From the NCBI GenBank assembly GCA_024679065.1, contig JAGIQG010000008.1, positions 72,416,001 to 72,480,000 of the forward strand: a DNA stretch of 64,000 nt, read 5' to 3'. The DNA is from Sphyrna mokarran. Taxonomy: Eukaryota. Every line of letters begins with the position of its first letter. The first letter of the stretch is position 1. The notes below the pieces were generated by a model. That model worked only from the letters and a program-made list of their open reading frames with translations. It searched no databases and had not been told where the DNA came from. The position numbers and the translations under genes are program-made. This document shows, one piece after another, positions 39,048 to 50,490 of this stretch.

Positions 39048-39300
39048 GGAGATCTTGTGGTTCAGTGGGTAGCCTCCCTGTCTGTGAGTCCGGGTTTGAG
39101 TTCCACCCCAGGACCTGATGGCCAAGGAAGGTGAATTCATAATGCGGTCAAACAGATTGAACATCAACCTGGAAAATCCTTCTAACGCACGTCAGTGGCA
39201 GACAGTAAGAGTGCAACAGACTCCTGGTCAACCATGCTTGATGCAGGATGGTGCCTCTCAAAATATAAGCCTCTGGCAACAGGCTAGAAACCTGTTCTAG
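39048..39300 (+). mobile_element. Another tRNA-headed SINE-like element inserted within a Deu-SINE
   Basis: A-box-like TGGTTCAGTGG and B-box-like GGGTTTGAGTTCC. Deu-SINE sequence stops just before it and resumes near 39450. Confidence 0.45.
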
Positions 39301-41882
39301 GAAAGACCTACTCTGTGGACATTTCTTTAAACATTTGTTTGCCAATGGTAAAGCCAGATTTTTAGTCCATTTAATTGTTTTTTAATTACATCAGTGGTCA
39401 TTTTCATGCCTTTACAAATGATTACAGATGAAGGTCAACTACTACAAAGTGTGATTTGGTTGAGAGATAAATATTCAGCTAGACAGTGGGAGAACTCGCC
39501 TTCTTCAAACAGACACATGAGATTGCATTACCACATGGGAGAGCAGACAAGCCTTTAATTAAAGATCTGAATTGAAAGTCAGCCCTTCCTCAGTGCTGCA
39601 CAGAAATGTCAACCTAGATTCTGAACCCTATGAGTGGAGCTTAAACTCAACTTTCTGATGTGGAGGAGTATTACCAACTGAGCCACATTCTAAAGTCTGG
39701 AAAGATCTTACACAAAAGGCATCTAACCTGTTTGAAATGCAAACATTTATGTTTTCTTTTCTCTTTCTTTTCTCATTGAGGCTACTGACCATGCAGGATG
39801 TTCAGTTCAATAGGTTTTTGTGTGCCCACCATTATGTCAGCCATGTTTTGTTTTCTCAGATAACAGGCTTTATTCTTCATGTCTGAGACTGGGCACCACA
39901 TGAGTGTGGAGAGATTGGGGTTTGACTGTGAATGCCTTCCTGTACTGAACAGACCACCAGTGCTCAACTGTCTGGCGTCAACCTTGAGCCAGAATGAGGC
40001 AATGTTTCCAGAAGAGAAAGGGAACAAGACTCAACCTTGGCTAGTGATGGCACTCTCATTGTTGGCCACAATGAAGGGTTGGCAGCTCTGATTGAACAGA
40101 TTGCTGGATGAATCATCACATGACCTCCAACCGCCCCCAATCCACACACCCACAATTGGTCAACTGGTATGTCCATCCTCATGGGTGCTTCCTACACCAA
40201 TCAGAAAATGAATCAACTCTGCAATACACAATTGGATATTTCTTCACTGTCAGTTAACAGCCTCAATTGCCCATTTCCAATATTTGTATAACTGCTAAAC
40301 AATAGTATTTCAAGAAAATAAAAATGAACATTTTCAATATCCAGTGATTTTTCTCCAAGATTTATTTTCTTTATTCTTTCTGGCAAGGCCAGCAGTTGTT
40401 GCTGATCCTAAGTGCTCTCAAACTGAATGGCAGAGTCAATCATATTGTTGCAGACCTGGAGTCACAAGTAGGCCAGACTAGGTAAAGGATGACAGATTTC
40501 CTCCCTTAATGGACATTAGATGGGTTTTTCCTTTAACAATAATTGATAAGGGTTTTATGGTCATCATTAGAGTTGTAATCCCAGATTTTTGTTGAATTCA
40601 AATGTCACCATCTGCCGTGGCAGGATTTGAACCTGGATCTCTGGATTACAGGTCCAATGATAATAACACTATACCACCACTGCCCTGCAGCATTCTGACA
40701 AATTGTCTTTAATTTCTAGAGACACCAGAACAATCCTGGAGAATATAACTATAGTCAGATGATTATAAGTTCATGGTGCTTGCCAAAAATTTGAAACCAT
40801 AATCTAGGCTGACTAATTCAGTGCAGTGCTAAGGGAGTGCTGAACTGTCAAAAGAGCCCTCTTTCAAATGAGAAAGGTGTCTTGGCCAATGCTTCTCCCT
40901 CAACCAACATCTAAAACTGATTATTAATTCATACCTCATCGCACATTGTGGGGACCTTGCTGCGTGCAAGATTGGCTGATGCATTTCTATGTTAGAACTT
41001 AAAAATACTTAAAACACTTTGAGACATCCTGAACTTGTAAAAAGTGCAATATAAATGCAAGTTTTGTTAATTGGGGGAAAAAAAATAAAAACTGAAACTT
41101 ATTGGTGCTGTAGATTGACTCATAGCATGCCTACGATCTTCGCCAATCTACAACATCATGTCGAGTTACAAAAAATTCTATCACTCAAAGAAGAAAACAT
41201 ATCTTTGACCAGGCAATCCAAGAAATTGCACAGGGACAAATATTTATCCTTCTGTGGTGTACAACTTAGTATAGGATCAGATTAGTTGCTTATCAATTTA
41301 TCAAAAAAAATTTTCATGAAAGGTGGCACACACCCTCTTTTTGCAGCACCGATGGTTTAATGTCCAGTTATTCATGGAATGCGTCATGTACAGCAGGCAA
41401 TTTGTAAGGTCTGCAACTACCAAGACAGCCATGGCCCATGAGCAGAACCAACCCTCGTTTTTCCAACATTACATATCTCCTTCACTTCCACGCAATAACC
41501 TTCACAACTCCTGTAGCTTGCTTGGTTGGCTGCATTGGTTATGAATGGGGATTTAGTTATATTTTCAAGGGATCAGTCTCCCTCAGAGATCACCCATGCC
41601 AAAATATGCTCGCTGCAATGATTCGTTTACTTCAAGCTGATAAAACAACTAGTTCCAACTGACGACTGATACTTTCACAAGTTGACTGGCATGGTACTGT
41701 ACCATGGAAAGATATGAAATAAAGAATGTACATTTATATAGCATCTTTTATGACGTTAGGAAATCCAAAAGCACTTTACAGCCAACAAGGGACCTTTGAA
41801 GTATCATCACTGATGTAGGAATTGTGGAAACCAATCTGTACGGAACAAGATCTGAAAACAGTAATTAGATAAGCCCAAACAA

Positions 41883-42222
41883 CATAGAATCATAGAACCC
41901 TACAGTGCAGAAGGAGGCCATTCAGCACATTGAGTTTGCACCAACCACAATCCCACCTCGGCCCTATCCCCATAACCCCGATGCATTTATCTTAGCTAGT
42001 CCCCCTGACACTAAAGGGCAATTTAACATGGCCAGTTCACCTAACTTGCACATTCCTGGACTGCGGGGGGGGGGGGGGGGGGGGGGACCAGAGCACTCAG
42101 ACGAAACCCATGGAGGGATGGGAGAATGTGCAAACTCCACACAAAGTGAACCAAGTTGGGTTTTGAACCCGGGATCCTGGCGCTGTAAGTCAGCAGGGCT
42201 AACCACTGTGTCACTGTGCCTC
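41883..42222 (-). mobile_element. HE1-type SINE with an internal poly-G run, nested in a Deu-SINE
   Basis: catagaatcatagaaccctacagtgcagaaggaggccattc tail; G run at about 42065-42087; head gctaaccactgtg. Confidence 0.88.
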
Positions 42223-42511
42223 CCTGACATGTTTTAATGATGTTGATTGAAGGTCAGGATACCAGAGAGAGCTCCATGGCTCTCCCTCAAGTGTGCTTTA
42301 TATTCAGCTGCATAGGCCTTAGTTTAATACCTTAGGCATATCTGTAACAATACTCTAGACCATCAGTGTGATTGCAGTGTTAGCCTAGATTACGTGCCCA
42401 CATTGTTATTTGGAACTTGCATACACAGTCTTTTGGCTCAGTGTGAGACAAGACTAACACTTTGTGAGTTTATGGGTGTGTCACCCTGAAGGATCCATCA
42501 GCCTCTAAAGG

Positions 42512-42750
42512 CTAAAAGTAAATTACTGCGGATGCAGGAATCTGAAACCAAAAGAGAAAATGCTGGAAAATCTCAGCAGGTCTGGCAACATCTGTAATGA
42601 GAGAAAAGAGCTGACATTTCGAGTCCAGCTGACCCTTTGTCAAAATTAAAAAGCGTATAAAGTGGGAGAAATTAATACTGCAGGGTGAGGGAATGAAAGA
42701 TGAACCACAGCCACAGAAACCGGGGAAAAGTCTGCTAATGGCAGTCAAAG
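42512..42750. mobile_element. Penelope-like element terminal fragment (second family)
   Basis: ACTGCGGATGCAGGAATCTGAAAC..AAAATGCTGGAAAATCTCAGCAGGTCTGGCAACATCTGT, a common elasmobranch repeat. Contains a degenerate hammerhead-like motif on the minus strand. Confidence 0.55.
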
Positions 42751-43909
42751 ACTCCCTAAAGTCACCCTAAAGGCTCTTGCAATGGATAATGGCTAAAAGA
42801 GTAAGGAATTACAATGCCATCCAGTTGGCTGAGGAACACCTGCAGGAAACATTGGGCAGATGAGAAAGTATTTGAAAAAGATCAGTTCCATCTCCCCGCC
42901 CCAAACAAAATTCTATGAATTTCAGACCAATGAAAGCAACTTGGAATAAAACACGAGAAACCTGTTTGTAAAATCACTGGACACAGAAGTACCATCACTT
43001 CACAGATAGCAAAGGTGCTTTTCAAAGTCACTGCAAGTTTAAATGCCTGGATGTTTATCAGTTTTTGCATTTAACAGCACTGAAAATTTCTGAAGGAAAA
43101 AAGGCTCACCTCTCCCGCACCAACAAAAAAGTAAATTTACAGAGAATCACTGTTTAAATATTTATCTGTATACTTCAAAGGAAACAAGAAACTAGCAAAA
43201 GCAAAAAGGTAAACTGCGATTATTTACACAGTTCACCATCACTTTCTTTGGGGTCCTCAATGGTACTTCTAAAAATCCTATTCTATCTGTTTATATCATC
43301 TGTCCTTCTGCACACCTCATTCCCTTATCAATTTTTTCACTCTGTCACATTTCAGCTGGCCGTGACCTCAAGGACAATTTGCTTCACCACAGTGCCAACT
43401 GTGATCGAGGTGTTTGTCAAATAGGCTTTGAGCAATATCAGCTAGCCACTTTATTTCAGTTGGCTTCAACTCCAAATCTTGGCTCTGGCAACTGATCCCA
43501 GAATGTATCTATTTTGTGCTAATGGCAGCATGGTACACAGAAGGGATATTAAACCGAGACTTCATTTGCCTACTGATGAGGGTATAAAATGTCCCATGGC
43601 AGTATTTTGAAGTGGGGCAGGGGGATTTTTCCCAAATTACCCTGGCCAATATTTATTCCTCAGCCAACACAACTAAAAACTGATGAACCTGTCATTATCG
43701 CATTGTTGTTCATGGAAGTTTGTGGTGCACTACTTGTCTGTCATATTTCCTATATTACAATAGTAACTCCACTTTGATTGTACTTCACTGGCTGTTAAGT
43801 GACTTGGGATATTTCAGATAATGGAAAATGCTGGGATAAATGCAGGTTTTTCTTGATGATGTCAAGCAATATGTTCCATTTGCAACACGACAGCTCAGTG
43901 ACTATCGCT

Positions 43910-44198
43910 GTGCTGTGCAGATACATGGATTTGGGTCTGCGTTTGTGCGAGTTTGCGCATTCTCCCCGTGCTTGTGTGGGTTTTCTCCGGGTGCGCCGGT
44001 TCCTCCCACGTCCCAAAGATGTGCTCTTAGGCTGATTGGCAAAACAAATTCTCCCTAAATTGTCTCAAATTTGGTTTTTAATCCATAGGTATATAAACAT
44101 AGACAAGGATCACGGGTAGAGGTAGGAACATCAGGGTGGCGGCATGGGCTCGTTGGGCTGAAGGGCCTGTTTCCCGTGCTGTTTTGTTCTTTGTTCTT
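43910..44198 (+). mobile_element. V-SINE-type SINE with a TTGTTCT-type tail
   Basis: Central GAGTTTGCGCATTCTCCCCGTG..GGGTTTTCTCCGGGTGC; tail AAGGGCCTGTTTCCCGTGCTGTTTTGTTCTTTGTTCTTT. Confidence 0.75.
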
Positions 44199-44569
44199 TA
44201 TTTGGCAACCTCGCTCAGTAAGGTTGCTGACCTGTGAACAGCAGTGTCACACTGGAACAGAAGATGGTAACTTTTGCCTTCAGGTGAAGTCAGGTAGTTG
44301 GGGGTAAGAGGAGATTTATTCTGGGCCTGGATCCCCTTCATCACATTTGATAGTGTCTGCCACAGTGGGTACAAAAAATATCCATGAGTCAGCACTGAGA
44401 TCCCTCACTTTTATGTGGGTGTGTCTTTGTTTATGTTTCAGGAATGACTGAGAGCTTATGGGTCAGTTTACAGCTTGAACTAGGTTCCAATCTAGGACAC
44501 ATAAAATTGAAGGCTGTAATAAGTCTGACAGCCTCTCTTCCTCTATCCTGTTAGCTTAAAAGTGAAGTG

Positions 44570-45612
44570 ATTAATATGTGTGCATTGGGTCACAGGACAT
44601 ATGTGTGCACTGACTGGGAAACTATGCACTAACATGTCCTCATTGGAACACTGGCTATTAACATGTACACATGTTAATAGAACACTGAACATGAGTGTGT
44701 ACTTAATGGGCATTGGACATGAATATCATCGAATCATAGAATCCTAACAGTGCAGAAGGCCAATCGAGTCTGTAGTGAATACAATCTCACAAATTTTTGT
44801 GATCAGAACTCCCACTCACCTGATGAAGGAGCAAACCCCGAAAGCTAGTGGTGTTTACTACCAAATAACCTGTGGGACTTTAACCTGGTGTTGTGAGACT
44901 TCTTACTGTGTTTACCTCAGTCCAATGCTGGCATCTCCACATCTGTGAGAGGAAACCAGAGCACCTGGAGGAAACCCATGCAGACACGGGGAGAATGTGC
45001 AAATTCCATACAGACATTGACCTGAGGCTGGAATTGAACCTGGGTTCCTGTTGCTGTAAGGCAACAGTCCTAGCCACTGTGACACCTTATTATTAAAATA
45101 AGGAGACCATTCAGCCCATCGAGTCTGTACTGACCGCAATCCTCTCCAGGTCCTATCCCTGTAATCCCACATATTTACCCGTCTAGTTCCTCTGAAACTA
45201 AGGGGCAATTTTAGCATGGCCAACAAACTTAATCTGTATATCTTTGGACTGTGGGAGGAAATCGGACCGAAACCCACACAGACACGGGAAGAATGTGCAA
45301 ACTCCACACAGACAGTGACCCGAGCCCGGAATTGAACCTGAATCCCTGGTGTTTCGAGGCAGCAGTGCTGACACTGTGACATCATGCCGCCCCTATATGT
45401 ACTCACTGGAACACTGAACATGAATGTGTACTCAATGGGGCACTGGACAGGAACATGTATTTGCTGGAGCAATAGACATGATGGCATACTTACTGGGGCA
45501 CTAGAGTGAACATGCACTCACTGCAGCACTGGCCATTAACATATACTCACTGGAAGGATTTCATATGTACACAGTGGGACACTGGACATGAACGTACTCT
45601 CAGTGGACATGA
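44570..45612. repeat. Old degenerate minisatellite (about 28-bp unit) in two halves, about 44570-44726 and 45394-45612
   Basis: A unit close to ATGTGTACTCACTGGGACACTGGACATGA occurs on both sides of the SINE stack. Confidence 0.7.
44727..45393 (-). mobile_element. Stack of two minus-strand HE1-type SINEs; the first is interrupted by a plus-strand Penelope-derived element (about 44812-44942)
   Basis: SINE tail at 44727, then CACCTGATGAAGGAGC..CGAAAGCTAGTG..GGCATCTCCACAT, then a SINE head at 44943-45085 and a second SINE at about 45105-45393. Confidence 0.8.
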
Positions 45613-46058
45613 TAGGGGGACAGAGATGCACTCTTGGATTTAATTTTCCTATTTTGCTCTGCACAGCACCTCAATCTGATATATGCAGTTTGACTGCTCT
45701 ACCAGGAGAGGGCCACTTAAACATAAAACACCAATTCATCCCCGAGGATCTGATCTGAACCAATTTGCTACCTGTAGACAAATAAAATAAATCTTGTTTG
45801 AGGCTTTTGCAATCTGTTGAAGCATTTGTTGCTAGCTACAACTAATTTGATGTAATTCTCCTTTGTTTATAATCCATCAAATGAATGTTTCAGTGACTCG
45901 AATGTATAATTTGAGAAACATAATCCCATTTGATCAGGCAAGTTACTCTTTAATGTCAAAGAAAGAAAAGCAAACAGGTTGGTGGTTTGAGTAAAGACCT
46001 GTATAAAGTTCAGAAAGGATTTGCATAACCAGAGATTAGTAAATGGCAATGATCAGTT

Positions 46059-46218
46059 CAAAGATGTGCAAGTTAGGTGGGTTGACCGCGGTAAATGCAC
46101 AGAGTTAGGGGGATAGGGCAGGAGGCAGGGACTGAGTGGGATGCTCTTTGGGAGAGTCGGTGCAAACTTGATAGACTAGACAGTCTCTTTCTGCACAGTA
46201 GGGATTCTGTGGTTCTGT
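46059..46218 (+). mobile_element. SINE 3' half
   Basis: CAAAGATGTGCAAGTTAGGTGG...GAGAGTCGGTGCAAACTTGAT..TTCTGCACAGTAGGGATTCT. Confidence 0.7.
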
Positions 46219-46754
46219 AGATCGGGGCACTGAGCGATGTTACTCTCAAAACTGGTGACTTTCCTTGCTAATCAATTAGCCAAATTTGCTGGTATTCTCC
46301 CCTCTGGTCTTTTGAAGCAGAACTGTGCTGTCAAAAATTCACCACTCAACGCAGTGTCAGCAGGCTAACTGGCAATAATCTGGCCTTCATCGCCATGTCC
46401 AATTCCTTCTGTATCTCATAGTTACACATAGTGCACATTCCACCTAAGGTCATGCATATTCAGGAAAGAATGGAAATACTGGCTGATTTTCTCTCCCTAT
46501 GCCAGGGCTATTGGATTACACCGATTAACTGCCAGTTTGGCTGAGTTAACACAACTATACAGCGCACCAAGCTGCTTAGTCACCGGGAAGCTCAAAGTGC
46601 AGCCAAATCATCTTGGTGCAGCAGATTGTAGGATCCTCCGGAATTATACAGTGCAGGAGCCCAATCAGCCCCATTGTATTCTTGCTGGCTCTTTTTGTAA
46701 GGTCAATCCAATTTGTCCCACGCCCCTGGTAGTTCCCCAATGTCCTTCCGTTCA

Positions 46755-47205
46755 CTTGATTGATTCCAGGGATGAGGGGTTGACATATGAGGTGAGATTA
46801 AATGGTTTGTGCTTATATTCACTGGAGTTTCAAAGGATGAGAGAGGATCTGATAGAGATGTATAAAATTTTAAAAGGGATTGATAAAGTAAATGTGGACC
46901 AAATGTTTCCTGTTGTGGGGCAATCTAGAACATAGGTATAGGTTGAGAGGCAGTAGATTTAAAACTGAGGTGAGGGGGAACTATTTCTCACAGAGGGTGG
47001 TGAATTTGTGGAACTCATTGACCCATAGTATGAAAGAGTCTGACGCATTGAATGGTTTCAAGAAGGAGATAAATATATTTTGAATTAAAAAAATAAGGAG
47101 ATATGGGGAACACGTGGGGAGATGGATTTGAGACCAGACAGAGATCAGCCATCATCTAATTGAATGCTGCAGAAAGCTCGAAGGGCTAATTCTGCTTCTA
47201 ACTCT
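46755..47205 (+). mobile_element. CR1-clade LINE 3' fragment
   Basis: Translations GLTYEVRLNGLCLYSLEFQRMREDLIEMYKILKGIDKV and RNYFSQRVVNLWNSL. Confidence 0.9.
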
Positions 47206-48162
47206 TGTTGGCCCTTGTTGAGTACAGTCTTTTTTGCAATGCGCATCCACATGAAACATCACAACACTGGCCAGCAACAAAGTTACAGCATAGCAGCACC
47301 AGAAAATGGCCTTCTTCTCCAATCTTTCATTGGTTGTTTTTCTCTCCGTCTCCACTTTTTCTTTGCATCTGCTAAAAGACTGCCAAATCAACTAAAACTA
47401 TTGTCGATAGCCTTCAGGAGCTCCATGAGCACATAGATTGTGGGAGATTACACTCCCTATTCAGTTACCCGAGTGAGCTGCTCCTTAATTTTTGGCTGCA
47501 TTTCAGCCCCATGCTGCTGACTTTTGAGTGGAGAGGGGAGGGGGAGGAGGAGAAGGAGGAAGAGAGACCGAGAAGGACTTCTTTTATATCCACTCGTGGG
47601 CCTGATCAAGGGGCCATTAACAGGCCCAGGCAGTGTTCAACTGAGAGGTCATTCAGCCCACTATCTGCCCCTCTTCAATGCTACATTCGTGGCTGGGTGT
47701 CCTTGGCGAGGGCTCATGCAACGTCCATTGGCATGCTTGAGGCCTTCCATGACCAGTGAGCCTTCCAAAAACTACATTCTGACTTTGCTAGAAACATTTT
47801 ATCTGAAGTTTTCTTCTATTCCAGTGTCCCTTTAAGGGGCCAGCAATTTAATCTGATTTGTTAATTTGCCCACAGGTTTATTGCTGTGCAAAAAAGAATA
47901 TGAACTAAAACTAAAGACTAAAAAGACTGAACTTTGGTACAAAAACATATCCTCAATTACTAAAGAAACCCCACCAATTTCCATTTACCAATCTAGGCGA
48001 TCAGTTACCGGAAGAGTTTGAAACTTTTTAATGTTAATCATCTCACACAAGCCTATGCTGATCTTTGTGTCAAGAATACGACTTTGATTTGGAATGCTGT
48101 TTTACTGCATTTCACACCAAAATTTGAGATTCTTGCCAAGACCCATACTGGGGACAATATTT

Positions 48163-48535
48163 ATAGAATCCCTACAATGCAGAATGAGGCCATTAGGCCC
48201 TGCTAATCTGCTGACAATATGGCCAATTTAGCAACCTAACCCACACATATACATTGATACTTATACACTTATTCATGCGAGCTCACTTTTAACATTTAAG
48301 AAAAACTTGAACAGATACATGGAGGAGAGGAGTGTGGAGGGATATGATCCAGGTGCAGGTCAGTGGGACTAGGCACAAAAATGGTTTGGCATAGTCAAGA
48401 AGAGCCAAAAGGCCATGTCTGTGCTGTAATGTTCTATGGTTCCATGGTTTTATATTTGGACTGTAGGAGGAAACCAGAGCACCCAAAGAAAACCCACGTA
48501 AACATGGAGAGAATGTGCAAACTTCACACAGACTC
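48163..48535. mobile_element. Composite: minus-strand SINE pieces flanking a plus-strand CR1 tail (about 48290-48450)
   Basis: atagaatccctacaatgcaga; AACATTTAAGAAAAACTTGAACAGATACATGG...TGTGCTGTAATGTTCTATGGTTC; ttggactgtaggaggaaaccagagcaccc. Confidence 0.65.
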
Positions 48536-49278
48536 TTGGCTCCCTCATCATAACATTGAGCCACACGCCTATCAAGACTCTCCCTGAACACTGGGATGAT
48601 GACTATTTGGTGCGACTAAGAGTGATCCAGATCACTCAGATTGGTGTCTCCTAACCCTCCCTTAAAGAGGAATCTGAAAGGACAGCATATCATGTTGCTC
48701 TGTTCCACAAATAAGTAGGTACCTACTTATTTTTCTGCTTTAAATGTTAGTCCTGGTGCTAAGAAAATAAAAGATTAGAAACACAAGTCTAGCTCTGACC
48801 TTACCCAGACTTGAAAAGTCCAAATAAATTGGAATTAAAGAGGCCATTCCAAGTCCTCACTTTATATTTCACAATTTCAAATTAAATTGCTTCCTCATTG
48901 CGCAACCCTCACCCCCAACACCACCCCACCCCACCCCGCACTCCCCTCCCCCCCTCCTTTCCGCACCCTCTTCACACACATTTTTGTCAGTGCAGATGGA
49001 GCGCTTCTCCACCATATACACATGAAATATTTATTAGGCAGAAGTGGTATTAACATATGTATCACCATGAGGATTTCTTTGCAACTCACTGTCCAAAATA
49101 ACCTGCCAGTACTGCAGCATGCCTAGAGGGCCAGGTTATCCGTCTTTTGTGTGCAGGCATAAAGAGTCACCAGAATGGAACACATGGAGCAAAACTGGTC
49201 ACAAAAAAACAAAGAAGACTGGCCAACTTTCATCTCACTCCTTTAAAAGAACAGAAAATGAGCCAGGTTTTGTTAAAA

Positions 49279-50490
49279 TGTGATCCTCCTTGCCTGTGTT
49301 TGCTCTATGTGATCCCCCTCGTCTGTGTTTGATCCATGTGATCCCCCTTGCCTGTGTTTGCTCTACGTGATCCCTTTGCCTGTGTTTGCTCTACGTGATC
49401 CCTTTGCCTGTGTTTGCTCTATGTGATCCCCCTTGCCTGTGTTTGCTCTATGATCCCCCTTGCCTGTGTTTGCTCTATGATCCCCCTTGCCTGTGTTTGC
49501 TCTATGATCCCCCTTGCCTGTGTTTGCTCTATGATCCCCTTTGCCTGTGTTTGCTCTATGAGCCCCCTTGCCTGTGTTTGCTCTACATGATCCCTTTGCC
49601 TGTGTTTGCTCTATGTGATTCCCCTTGTCTGTGTTTGCTCTATGTGATCCCTTTGCCTGTGTTTGATCCATGTGATCCCCCTTGCCTGTGTTTGATCCAT
49701 GTGATCCCTTTGCCTGTGTTTGCTCTATGTGATCCCCCTTGCCTGTGTTTGCTCTATGTGATCGCCTTTGCCTGTGTTTGATCCATGTGATCGCCTTTGC
49801 CTGTGTTTGCTCTATGTGATCGCCTTTGCCTGTGTTTGATCCATGTGATCGCCTTTGCCTGTGTTTGATCCATGTGATCTCCCTTTGCCTGTGTTTGCTC
49901 TATGTGATCCCCCTTTGCCTGTGTTTGCTCTATGTGATCCCTTTGCCTGTGTTTGCTCTATGTGATCCCCCTTGCCTGTGTTTGATCCATGTGATCCCTT
50001 TGCCTGTGTTTGCTCTATGTGATCCCCCTTGCCTGTGTTTGCTCTATGTGATCGCCTTTGCCTGTGTTTGATCCATGTGATCGCCTTTGCCTGTGTTTGC
50101 TCTATGTGATCGCCTTTGCCTGTGTTTGATCCATGTGATCGCCTTTGCCTGTGTTTGATCCATGTGATCTCCTTTGCCTGTGTTTGCTCTATGTGATCCC
50201 CCTTTGCCTGTGTTTGCTCTATGTGATCCCCCTTTGCCTGTGTTTGCTCTATGTGATCCCCCTTTGCCTATGTTTGCTCTATGTGATCCCCCTTTGCCTG
50301 TGTTTGCTCTACGTGATCCCCCTTTGCCTATGTTTGCTCTATGCGATCCCCTTTGCCTGTGTTTGCTCTATGTGATCCCCCTTTGCCTATGTTTGCTCTA
50401 TGCAATCCTCCTCATTGCATTTGCTCTATGTAATTCCCCCCGCGCCTGCATTCACTTTATGCGATCCCCTTCGCCTGCATTTACTGAATG
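49279..50490. repeat. Minisatellite, about 42 units of 27-30 bp
   Basis: Consensus TGTGATCCCCCTTGCCTGTGTTTGCTCTA; variants end in GATCCA or carry GATCGCC; decays at the right end. Confidence 0.97.

Noticed and set aside
42065-42087. Long G homopolymer
   Set aside because: Slippage expansion within a SINE; its length may also be a sequencing artefact.
49279-50490. CRISPR-like appearance and repetitive ORFs (CLCLLY / HRANTGKG)
   Set aside because: Units are head-to-tail with no unique spacers and there are no cas genes. The ORFs are translations of the minisatellite.
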